Source of the DNA: Camelus dromedarius
Taxonomy: Eukaryota
Direction of reading: 5' to 3'
Length of the DNA: 64,000 bases
Assembly: GCF_036321535.1 (NCBI RefSeq)
Contig: NC_087459.1
Location: 8,432,001-8,496,000 of the forward strand
A program made the translations under genes and the position numbers. The notes under the pieces were generated by a model. The model did no database searches. It was not told where the DNA came from and saw nothing but the letters and a program-made list of their open reading frames with translations. Every line of letters starts with the position of its first letter. The stretch's first letter is position 1. Of the stretch, positions 37,966 to 50,900 are shown piece by piece.

Positions 37966-40332
37966 ATGCCGGACAGCTGGGACAAGGACGTGTACCCCGA
38001 GCCCCCACGCCGCACGCCGGCGCCCTCGCCGCAGACCTCGCTGCCTAACCCCATCACCTACCTTACGAAGGCGTTCGACATCCTCGTGGACCGGCCCGTG
38101 ACCCTGGTGAGAGGTACGACCCCCCAGCCCGTCCTCACCGCTCCCCGGGGCCCCCCACCGCTCCAGGAATCCCACACACCATGGGCCCGGTCACTCAGCC
38201 TGAACCCCACCCCCGCCGCATCCCAGGCCTCGCCTCCCAGAACGCTCCCCACTACACTAAGCGGTGCTGTACGTCCGCTGCCGCCTGAGGAACCTTACAT
38301 GCACCCCTGGTCTCCGGCCATGTTCAAATATTAAGGGTTGTTTGCGGACTGCAGTCATCTGTCCTGAGGCTTGTCTCCCTGCACACTTTGCATCCTGCGT
38401 TTTGCACCGTAGGCGGTCAGCAAAGGGCAGTTGAGGTGCTGCGGTTCTCCACTAACCCTTTGCACGCCTGCAAAATGTCCTGGGTAGTCAATGGTGGCCG
38501 AGGTCCCCTCCACCTCTAGTGCTGTAAGTTGTCCTCCGTGTGTGCCTACGCTTGAGAGCTGCCCAAATTACCCCGTCTCTGGTCAAAACCAGGCCAGTGT
38601 TTCAAACTGTTGTCTAGTTTATGAATCAGCCGTGGGGCAGCAGCAAGACCACGCTATGCTCTCAGTCACTAGTGCCAGGCAATTGGTCCTTGCATCTAAT
38701 TAATCAGTTCTTTCATTGAACAACAAAACACTGGGATGCATAGCATTCTCTGGTGGTTCTTTGGGAGGAACCAGACCCGGCTCCAAAGTCTGGAAGACAC
38801 AGCAGTAGAACTGCTCCCTCTTCCCTGTAGCAATTTTTAAAGATATGTTTTATGTGTCTGGATAGATGAGACCTGACTAGATCCAACTTGTTAATTTATC
38901 CATGGGGAAGTTGAGGTCGGAAGGTCAGTGGTGGTGGAACTGGGACTAGAATCCCTGCTAGTGGCGCCCCGTTGGGGCCTTTTTGCCTACACAGTGGAGT
39001 CCTTGTGCTGTTGGGGCTTGCAGAGGAAGTGTTCTGAATCCTGCTGTCTCTCTGGGCCTCAGTCCCCTCTCTGTAAATGAAAAGGACCTGCCCTGTGTAG
39101 GATTGTTGCAGAGACAAAGTGAGACATATTAGGGAACGTGAAAGGTTGGTACCTGGCTTACAGGAAGCTATCCATCACCATTTGTAGCCTGGTCCTTTCT
39201 AGGACCATCTCTGCCAGCCCACACCTCTTCTTTGGGAGTCCAGTTACCAGTCTTTGTAAAAGCTGGGAACATTTGGGAAATCTGCCTCTTCCATGGCTTA
39301 AGAGAAATAACAAAGCTCAGGGCCCAAGCTGGCCTGTCCAAACAAATAGGGCCTTTGGGTCTGGGGTTCTCTTTGCAGAGTTTATAGAGCGGCAGCACGC
39401 CAAGAACAAGTACTACTACTACCACCGTGAGTTCCGACGGGTGCCGGACATCACAGAATGCAAGGAGAAGGACATCCTGTGCATGTTTGAAGCAGAAATG
39501 CAATGGAGAAGAGACTAGTACGTTCTGCCCTTGGGCTTTCATTCTTAGTACTGAGAGCCCTACGAAGTGAGCATGTCCTGCCGAGCATATCATTCCCTCT
39601 TGATGCCATAGGCTGGTGGTCAGCTAGCAAGAATGCTTCCTGGGGTCGGCCCAGACCTTGGGGGTAAAAGGGCCAGACCACAGGGTTCCCAGGCCCTGCT
39701 TTCTTCATTCTACTTTCCCTGAGTGCAGGGAAAGGAATCCTTGTAGACCCCTTTTCTTGTTTTTCTTTTAGCAAAGTTGATCAGGAAATTGTCAACATTA
39801 TCCAGGAAAGACTGAAGGCCTGTCAGCAGAGGGAAGGTGAAAGCTACAGGCAGAACTGTGCCAAGGAACTGGAGCAGTTCAGCCAGGTGTCCAAGGCCTA
39901 CCAGGACCGCTGTGAGTGAGCCTGAGCCCCCGCCCCAGTCTGCCCCCAGGTCCTCCTGCTTCTGCCACCTGACGTCCCAGTCTGCACACAGCTGTGTGCT
40001 GAACCCTTTGCTAAAGGTGGTTCTTAACTCCTGCATAGTTTCTACATCACTGCCCAAAGCATGCCAATTAGCTCAGTCTCCAGCAGTGTAAAATAATCCT
40101 ACCTTGTCCCCTTTCTGCTCACTAACCTGTCTTAGCTGCCCAGTATTCCTCCCTGCATGGAGAAAAGACCCCAAGTTCCCATCAAGGCAGAAGAGGCCCA
40201 TGACTCCCCTTCTCCATCTCTTTCCCAGATCACGACCTGGGGGCCCATTATTCTGCCAGGAAGTGCCTGGCAAAACAGAAGCAGAGGATGCTGGCAGAGA
40301 GAAAAGCCGCTAAAGAGGCCGCTGCTGCCTGA
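37966..40332 (+). CDS. NDUFB10: NADH:ubiquinone oxidoreductase subunit B10 (PDSW), 176 aa
   Basis: Exons 37966-38113, 39379-39517, 39772-39911, 40229-40332 (531 nt). [14 protein letters not shown] start, [17 protein letters not shown], end [16 protein letters not shown] at 40365-40370. Confidence 0.98.
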
Positions 40333-40500
40333 GGCAGCTCTACGAACGCCCTCACTGTTGCTAAAATAAAGAGTAATGGAACTTGTCTCTCAAACGTCTT
40401 ATTGGCCCCACTTCCCTTTCAAATTCAGCCACCACTTTTAAAAAAGAAATAAAAAGCAACTATAAACAGGCTTCATTCACTTTATTTTTTGCATATAAAA

Positions 40501-42431
<1,931 letters not shown>

Positions 42432-42581
42432 TCACTGAGGCCCTAGCATCTACGGCCGCCGAGGGCTCCCGGGCCGGGTTCCAGCCACAGGAGGCGGGAG
42501 CGCCAGCCCGGGTTCCACCCGATGTCGGCGGATTCCCGCCTCCCTAGCCCTCGGGAAGCCACTGCCGCAGCAAACACTTAC

Positions 42582-42632
42582 GTGTCGTCTCGATAAAGAA
42601 GGAAGAGGCCGCGCCAAAGGGATAATTTTATA
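42582..42632 (-). promoter_or_regulatory. RPS2 TATA box, 5'TOP tract and non-coding exon 1
   Basis: TATAAAA at 42632-42626; CCTCTTCCTTCTTT at 42608-42595; donor CAC|GTAAGT at 42582/42581; exon 2 acceptor TTTTCAG|CAAATG at 42404. Confidence 0.85.
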
Positions 42633-42802
42633 TCGCGCCAAGTGCCGCGAGATCTCAGCTGCCTCGAATCACAGGCCAATAAAGCAGCCTGTGACTGGCT
42701 CCGCGGTGCTCCGCCCTCGCCTAGCTCTGCCTGTGACTGTGTGTCTGCGGCACCGGAACCTGCGCGACTGGGCAGCTGCTATAAAGTCCCGCGCCGCTGC
42801 CA

Positions 42803-43205
42803 CCTCACTCTCTTGGGTTGCAGGTAGGTTAACCCGTCTGGGTTGGGTCCTTCATGCGGCACTGTGAATGCGGTGCGGGGAGATGATTGGGAGGTCGGCG
42901 TCAGTTGAAAATCGCCTGCGGCTTTGGCCGTGGCCGTGGGTGAGATTCGGCGCCTAGAGCCACTGGGGGCCTCAGCTCACAGCTCACTCCTCGGTGTGGG
43001 GAGGTGAAACCCAGGCCCCAACAGGCGCCGCCGTTCCGAGCCCCGCTGCGGCTGCTCGCGTGCCCTGGCCTCTGGCCTCTGACCCTTGACTCCGTCTTAT
43101 ACCCGCAGGACACCTGGATGCTAAGAGCTTGAGGCCGCCGCCGCCAGGACCGCGGGGGAGAGGGTCCTTGTTCTCGTCTTTAAATAAAGCTGTTAGTCTA
43201 ACTCA
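42803..43205 (+). ncRNA. SNHG9: snoRNA host lncRNA SNHG9 (two short exons; ends approximate)
   Basis: TATAAA at 42780-42785, pyrimidine-rich start CCTCACTCTCTT, donor CAG|GTAGGT at 42823, acceptor CCGCAG| at 43108, AATAAA at 43183-43188; no ORF; position matches synteny. Confidence 0.75.
42897..43026 (+). ncRNA. SNORA78: H/ACA snoRNA SNORA78 (ACA64) in the SNHG9 intron
   Basis: Hairpin 1 GGCGTC...GGCGCC; hairpin 2 GGGGCCT...AGGCCCC; ACA at 43021-43023; resembles human SNORA78 (GTTGAAAATCGCC...GGTGAAACCCAGGCCCC). 5' end approximate. Confidence 0.8.
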
Positions 43206-44249
43206 GCCGTGTGTGGGTGTTCTTGGTCCTCCGCCCATCGCCCGGGAAAATGCATCTCTTGACGCTGGGACCGAGGTGTGCTGTGGAGAAGAGACCCTTG
43301 TGGGACACCTTCCCGGCCTGCTTTGAAAGATGCCATGCAGGGGCAGAATCTGGTTTTGGTGGTTGCCAGGTGACTCCGAAGAGCCCACCCCCCGAAAACT
43401 GGCAGTCAGGTTTGAACTCATCTTGTGTCTACCCACACCCCATAGCTTCCACATTAGCAAGTAAAGTACTTGGAGCTCGGTATAAGTCAGGCTGGACCAG
43501 GAAACCATTAACAAGGGTGGGAGTGTAAGATTCACAGTTCAGAGGCTTACAGTAGTTCCCTGTTGTTCTCAGGACAAGGTTAGGGTCTTTAGGATTAGAT
43601 GAGGTTAAGACTCAGTGGCACTGAACCTGCAGTTCTCTTCTGTGCCTCATGTTGGGAACATGCTGGTTTCCCAAGCTGGAATTGATTTCCCCATGCCTTT
43701 TCTCTTAGGCTTGCCCATATGTTCAGAGATTACCTGCTCTGGGAGACTTTCCCACATACTAGACTCCTCTGCTGTGGTACCACAGGTTGCATGGAAACCT
43801 GGTCCCCACAACTGGTCTGTATCCTGGAGCTAGCTCTATGGGTCTCAGATCCTAAGAGACCTGATGATGGGTGCCTAACCACCCACCCTCCTCCAGCTCT
43901 TGGGGATCTGGGCAGTAGTGAGGAAACAGGAACAATCACTGCGTTTCTACTGAAGCCTCAGCTCTCGGGGGAAGTAGCTGGGAAGAAGCTTGGTTCCCAG
44001 CTTAGTGGTGTTTGAAGATCAGCTGTAAACCACCCTCGCCAAAGGCAGGGGCTCTAGGGATCCACCCTGGTTCTGGGCTACCCCACATCTGTGACCCTTG
44101 AAAGGGGAGCAAGGGCCAGGTGGTACCCTGGGCCAGGGCTGTGATTGGCCTGAGCTGGACAATGCCACTGTGATGTCGGCCCACTCCTGGTATGAAATGG
44201 AGGCTCCCGAGCCCTGGGGGTCAGTGGAGCTGCCGTCCAGACACAGATC

Positions 44250-46350
44250 ATGGTGAGCCCTTAAATTTGTGCCTAACTCCAGAGACCTGCCCAGAGCTGG
44301 ACACCATTCCTCACTGAGATAATGTGGACAGTGTGGTACAGGATCCCAAATGGGACAAGGAAACCTTTCAGAGGGGTCAGGCCAGGTCTAACTCCAGGCC
44401 AAGGCCAGCTTCTGCACCTGGGGATTGGTAGTCATGGGGGTCTTGACTGTCACAGCTGCCCCCTCAAAGTGGGTGCTGACCCAACCCTCCACCTGGGGCT
44501 TGCATGTGGCCCATCTCCCACCCAAATCTTCCTGGGGTCCCCCCTCTGGGTATGGGGAGTCAGGGAATGGGATCCAGGTCCTGATGCTGGCCTGTCCTTT
44601 GCAGAGTGGAGGGTATGATCTCAATCTCTTCGCCAGCCCTCCTGACTGCAACTTCCTGTGTTCTGTCTGCCACGGGGTTCTCAAGAGACCAGTGAGGTTG
44701 CCATGCAGCCACATCTTCTGCAAGAAGTGCATCCTCCGGTGGCTGGCCAGGTGCTGCTACAGGGCACCCAAGAGGCTGGGAGGGCAGGGGTCTGGGGGGG
44801 CCATTCTTGGGGCCCAGAAGAGAGAAGAAAGGTCTGCCAAGTACCGGGTCATGATGGTCATAGGGTTCAGCTGCCAAGTCTCCTGGGATACTAATATTAA
44901 GTCTAGTCACCCTGTGATATCTGTGGCCCCTAGCCCCAGCCTCAGAGCTGAGAGCTCCCTATAAAGCCCTCTTATACCTCTTCCAGCTAGAGAGGAGGGA
45001 CCCCCAGGGGAGGCATGTTGCTGCCACTTGCTCCTCCCCCACTCCCAACAATCACCCCAACTCATGTCTCCTTCTAGACAAAAGACCTGTCCGTGCTGCA
45101 GGAAAGAGGTGAAACGGAAAAAGATGGTCCATGTGAATAAACTCCGGAAGACCATTGGCCGTCTGGAAGTCAAGGTAGCTCAAAACACCCACTCCCACCA
45201 CCCAACACTCTTCTTCCCTGCAGGGTTGAGGGTGCAGAGCCAGGAGACAGGGTGAGAAGAATCCCATCCTCAGAACTGAGGGTTTCTCCTCTATACCTGG
45301 CTGAATTTGAGTCACATCTCTACCACTTACTTATCTGCTGTGTTACTTTGGGCAAGTTACCCAGCCTTTCTGAGCTCCAAGAGTCTCAGCTGTAACATGG
45401 GGATTATGGAGGATGAAATGTCTGCTCTGCCTACTACTACTCTCCAGCCCCTAATTTAATAGATGGGGAAACTGAGATGAAAAGAGAAGAGAAGAGAAGA
45501 GGAGGGGAGGGGAGGGGAGGGGAGGGGAGGGGAGGGGAGGGAAGGGAAGGGAAGGGAAGGAAAGAAGCCTGGTATACATACAATGCACCAGACCCACCCA
45601 ACCATGTAACTCCCTGTTCACCAAACCTCAGGACTTGCCCTCATCCTCTTTGAGATCTAAATTTTTTTCCCCACCTCCAAGCATTTGCCCTACTGTTTCC
45701 CTCTCCATCACGTCATTGGTGTCAAAAGAGCTTGGGAGGCTCCCAGTTCAGTGGTTCCCGGTCAGTGGAATGTCAAGGATGGAACATTCTGTAGGGGATG
45801 GGCAGCTTATGGCTGGCAATGCCCAACATGGTTTAGCTTACACAATGCTCCCCTCTACCCACAGTGCAAGAACGCCGAAGCTGGCTGCCTGGTGACGTGC
45901 CCACTTGCCCATCGTAAGGGGCACCAGGACTCATGCCCTTTTGAGCTGATGGCCTGCCCCAACGAGGGCTGCATGTCTCGGGTGCCTCGTGGGGACCTGG
46001 CCGAGCACCAGCAGCACTGCCAGCATGGTGCCCATCAACGCTGCCCCCTGGGCTGCGGGGCCACACTGGGCCCAGCCGAGCGTGCGAATCACAACTGCTA
46101 CCGTGAGCTGCGGGAGGCCTGGAGCCAGCGCCAGGAGCGCAGCCGGACCCTGGTGTTGTGCCTGCTGCGGCGCATGCGCAAGATGCACCAAACCACCAAC
46201 CTCATCCGCCGGCAGCTGGCCCAGCTCGGAGACTTCCTGGAGGAAGATGATGCCCTGCTCGTGGGCGCCCCACAAGAGGAGGCTGAGGCCACCCCAGAAG
46301 GCAGCTTTGGGGCTGAGTTGTGGGGGGCCCAGGACCAAGGTACCTTGTAA
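44250..46350 (+). CDS. RNF151: RING finger protein 151 (RING plus TRAF-type zinc finger), 243 aa
   Basis: Exons 44250-44252 (ATG|GTGAG), 44605-44750, 45078-45174, 45865-46350 (732 nt). [28 protein letters not shown]...CPCC. AATAAA at 46362-46367. Confidence 0.95.
45290..45420 (+). mobile_element. MIR fragment
   Basis: CCACTTACT...CTGTGTTACTTTGGGCAAGTTAC...CTGTAACATGGGGATTAT. Confidence 0.65.
45483..45567. repeat. Compound polypurine pentamer repeat (GAGAA)n(GGAGG)n(GAAGG)n
   Basis: About 85 nt of pure purine in RNF151 intron 3. Confidence 0.9.
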
Positions 46351-46739
46351 ATAGAGGGATAAATAAACGCAGAGCCCAGGCCTGGCCGCCTCACCACACC
46401 TCTGTGTTTGCTGACCTTACACCTTTACCACGTTTGCAGGCCCTCTCACCTTTCCAGGCACTATTCTCTTCACCCCAAATGGTCATTCTGGCCTTTCTCC
46501 TGGACCTTTGCAAGTTCTTCCCAACCAGTTCTTCACACTGGCTGCCTGGCAGGCTCTTCCCCTGGATCTCTCTTTTCACTCAAATGTCTCCTCTGTGCAG
46601 AGGTTTCCAGATCGACCTCTCCCAGTCTCCTTCCCAGTCACCTTCTACCAATCTGTTTACCAGCTTCACAGCCAGCAGTAGTACAAACAGCTTAAAACCC
46701 TGAACTCAAAAGCCAACTCCTCACAATGATTCCCTGGGA

Positions 46740-47155
46740 TCTCCCATTAGTTTCTGTTTTCTGCCCTATACCCTCCCTTTCCTACTAAATCCCTGCAGCC
46801 ACACTGGCTTCTGTTGCTCCTAAACACCAGGCCTGTGCACTGGCTGTTCCTCAGATAATTACAGGGATCCCTGCTTCACCAAATTCGGGGTTTTGCTCGT
46901 GTCACCTTTTCAATGAAGCCTTCACCCCCAATTTAAAATTGCACCCCTACACTCTGCTCCATCCCTCGCCATGCTGTATTCTTTCCACAGCACTCATCAC
47001 TTAACAATCAAGATTATTCCCTGCCCTTTCTCTGCCTAGCCCTCACCCCACTAGCTTGTGAGCTAGTCAAGAACCAGCTTCTCTAGTGCCTCCTAAGCGT
47101 CTAGAACAGGGCTTTGCACATAGAATGTGCTCAATCAATATTTGAACGACTCTGA
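46740..47155 (+). mobile_element. LINE-2 3' fragment
   Basis: CCTGCAGCCACACTGGC...CTGGCTGTTCC...CTAGAACAGGGCTTTGCACATAG...GCTCAATCAATATTTG. Confidence 0.65.
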
Positions 47156-47399
47156 AATTACCCGATTTATTAATTTACCTGCGTTATTCCTCATACTAGA
47201 CAGTATGAGGTTAACAGCTCTCTGCTCAGGCACCGCACCCGACCTCGCTTGTCCCCAAATCCCAGAGTCCCGAAGGGGCAGGAGTCTTGGGATTCAGTAA
47301 ACATTTCCCACGAATATCTTTTAAAATTTCTATCCAAAGGACAGGCAGCTGGCTACCCCAGTCGCTGCCAGTCTACCCCACCAGTCCCCGGGGCTTCCA

Positions 47400-47990
47400 A
47401 ACAACTCTACACCCCCACCTCCGGGCCGGAGACGCCTCTGCCACCTTCCGCTTCCTGACGCGGCGGCCAGTGCCCACAGCAAAGATGTCGCCGAGCCCGC
47501 GGTGCTGGTGACGTCACAGTCGCTGCGGGAGGTGACGCCATCTCAGCGCGCCGATTGCGCAGCGCGGCGACCGTGCGGAGTGGCGCGCCGGTCTCCCTCA
47601 CGCGGCGGCGGCAGCGGCGACAGCGGCGACATGGCGGAGCCCGCGGCCGGAGTGGGCCGCTTCAAGTCCAAGTAAGCCGCCACCCGGGAAGGGAGCCGGG
47701 CTCGCGGCCGGAGTAGCGAAGGCGTTCGCTTGGCTCCGGCACCCATTCGGGTTTGGGGAGGTGGTGAGGGTTGCGTACGACAGGTCCGCGCGGTCGTGGC
47801 GGCTGCGATATTACAAAGTGGAAGAGGCTGCACTGACAGCTCTCGCGGACGGCGGGCACTGGAGCGCGGCCGGGTTACTTAAACTTGGAGCGGGTTTGGG
47901 GGTGAGGACGAAAAACCCTAGAGGAGGAGGAAGGGGCGGGCTGAGCACCGTCGAGGCTGGTCCTGGGAGCGGGACACCCCACCTCCTAGG
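47400..47990. promoter_or_regulatory. TBL3 CpG-island promoter with full CRE and YY1-like site
   Basis: TGACGTCA at 47509-47516; CGCCATCT at 47536-47543. Confidence 0.65.
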
Positions 47991-50900
47991 GGTAGAGAAA
48001 AAACCACTACGCCTAGGTTGGGCGACCTGCTGCCCCATTTCTCCAGGGAGCAGGAAGAGAAGTCAGACGCCGCCTAACCATATGGAGCGCAATCTGATGG
48101 GATAAACGTATTAAAGCAAATAATTTCCATCAGTGGCTGTGACAAGCACTAGCAAGGGGAAGCCCGGGTGCTGGGATGGCTGACTGGGTTTGGAGGTTGA
48201 GGGGGTGCTCCATTTCACCTTGTTAGTCAGGCTTCTTCCAGTAGAGTTAGCCAGGCACCTTTGAAATTCTGGAGGAGAAGCCCAGGTCACAGGCAGGAAA
48301 TAGCCTGGGTGAATGGGAAAGGTCAGCAGAGGCTTCTCCAAGCAGGGTTTTGTAAACAAGTAAGGAGAGAGAAGGGTTTGAAGGCAGGGTGGCAACATAA
48401 ACAGAGTTATATTCTTAGCAGCTTCTCTGAGAGCAGAGTTTGAGAGAGTGGTAGAGACCTGGCAGAGAGGCTGGAACAACTGTCCAGAGAGGAGAGTGCA
48501 GTGGCCTGGACCAGCATGGAAGTAGCTGAGAGGGAGTGGAGAGGACATATGATGCCACCGAAATGAGGGCAGCTTGGAGAGTGGGATGGAGGAAGGAGCC
48601 AGGGTTAGGGAAGAGGTGGCCTGGACCTCAAGGATGAAGATGTTGAAGAGGATGCTACTCTGGGTTGGTACCCAGGCCTGGCCTCCCATGGCCAGCAGGG
48701 GGCCCCCAAAGCCTGGCCTGCTCGGTAGTGGGGAATCTCTGAGAAGACTGGGCTGTTGGACTGCCTGTGCTGCCCTGGGACTGGTGTGTGTCAGCGTCCA
48801 GCTAGGGTCCCAAATCTTCTGTAACATAGGGATACCAACACCCACCTCACAGTGTAGCTGAGAGGGTTAAAGAAGATAACAGAAGAGTTCATGACCCTCT
48901 CTCCCCCATGTCCCCTCCATCCCTGCTGCTGCCCAGAAACTCCTCAAGGGCAGGTCCCTATTGCGTTGACCTCTGGGAAAGCACCTAGTATAGAGCTGGC
49001 ACTGGGGACCAAGGGTTGGGTACCTCACTGTCTTCTGTCTTCCCTCCAGTTATGCTGTCGAGCGCAAGATCGAGCCTTTCTACAAGGGCGGGAAGGTGCA
49101 GGTACCAGCCCAGGGAGGGGCAGAGTTGGCAGGGTGAGGCAGGGGTTGCAGAGTGTTACCTTGGCTGAGACCCCTTTGTCACCAGCTGGACGAGACTGGG
49201 CAGCACCTTTTCTGCGTCTGTGGTACCAGAGTCAACATCCTGGATGTGGCCTCAGGGGCTGTGCTGCGGAGCCTGGAGCAGGTGAGGGCTGAGAGGGTTG
49301 GGGTGAGGGGCTGGTGTGGAGGGCAGCCTTGTCTCATGGCTGGTGCTCTATGTCTACTCTCAACCCTCAGGAGGATCAGGAGGACATCACTGCCTTTGAC
49401 CTCAGTCCTGATAATGAGGTATATGGAACAGGGACAGGAGATGGGCTCCAGTACATCCCAAGCAAACTGAGTTGATGAGGACAGCGTCCATGCCTCAACC
49501 CCCAGCTGAACTGCATCCTCCCCCAGGTGCTGGTGACAGCTAGCCGGGCACTGCTGCTGGTTCAGTGGGCCTGGCAAGAGGGCAGCATCACCCGCCTGTG
49601 GAAGGCGATACATACAGCCCCTGTGGCCACCATGGCCTTCGACCCCACCTCCACACTGCTAGCCACAGGTAGGACCTTGCTGGATGGGTGGGTTGGCTGG
49701 AACCAGGCAGGGGGCTTTGGGCACACCGGCCCTCTCCCCACTTCAAACACATTCCTACAGGTGGCTGTGATGGGGCCGTGCGTGTCTGGGACATCGTGCG
49801 GCATTATGGGACACACCACTTTCGGGGCTCACAGGGTGTCGTGCAGTGAGTAGAGGCTGCAGAGGGTGGGTGGAGCATCAAGGTCAGGGTAGCACAGCTC
49901 ACCAGCCCCACCCCACCTGCTTGCAGTTTGGTGGCCTTCCACCCGGAACCCGCACGCCTGCTACTCTTCTCCTCAGCTGCAGACACCGCCATCCGGGTGT
50001 GGTCGCTGCAGGACCGGTCGTGCCTGGCCGTGCTGACTGCCCACTACAGTGCTGTCACCTCTCTGACCTTCAGTGCCGACTGCCACACCATGCTCAGGTC
50101 AGTGACCAGCCACCCAGGCCTTGGCAAGAAAGGGAAGGCCACAGCTGAGGCCCAGGAACTGAGATGGCTGTTTTCCCTCAGCTCGGGCCGTGACAAGATC
50201 TGCATTGTCTGGGATCTGCAGAGCCTCCAGGCCATGAGGACTGTGCCAGTGTTTGAGGTAGGGGCATCAGGGCCAGTGAATGGGGCAGGGTGAGGGACAG
50301 GATTGCCACCTCTGACCCACTCGTCCTCAGAGTGTAGAGGCTGCAGTGCTGTTGCCAGAGGAGCCGGTGCCTGAGCTGGGTGTGAAGTCCCCAGGCCTAC
50401 ATTTCCTGACTGCTGGCGACCAAGGTGTGTGGGGCTCGGCCAGGGTGGGCAGCAGGGGCCAAAGGAGGCTTGTGGACCTTGGAGTCCTAGCAGCCCGTGT
50501 CCCCAAACAGGCATGCTGCGCGTGTGGGAGGCAGCCTCTGGGCAGTGTGTCCACACACAACAGCGGTTGCCAGGCCCTGGGCGGGAGCTGACCCACTGCA
50601 CCCTGGCCCAAGCCGCCGGCCTGCTCCTCAGTGTCACTGCTGATCACAACCTGCTGCTCTACGAGGCCCGCTCCCTGCAGCTCCAGAAACAGGTGAGCGA
50701 GTGCTGCCCCTGCTCAGCCCATAGGCCTGAGGGTGCCAGCCCTCCACCTACTCGGTCCCTGACCTGTGTCCCTCTCGCCCACCCCTAGTTTGCTGGCTAC
50801 AGTGAGGAGGTGTTGGACGTTCGATTCCTCGGGCCTGAGGACTCCCACATTGTCGTGGCCTCTAACAGCCCCTGCCTGAAAGTGTTTGAGCTGCAGACGT

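Noticed and set aside
47485-47511. 8-aa uORF (MSPSPRCW*) upstream of TBL3
   Set aside because: It ends within the CRE and probably lies upstream of the TSS; no evidence it is transcribed.
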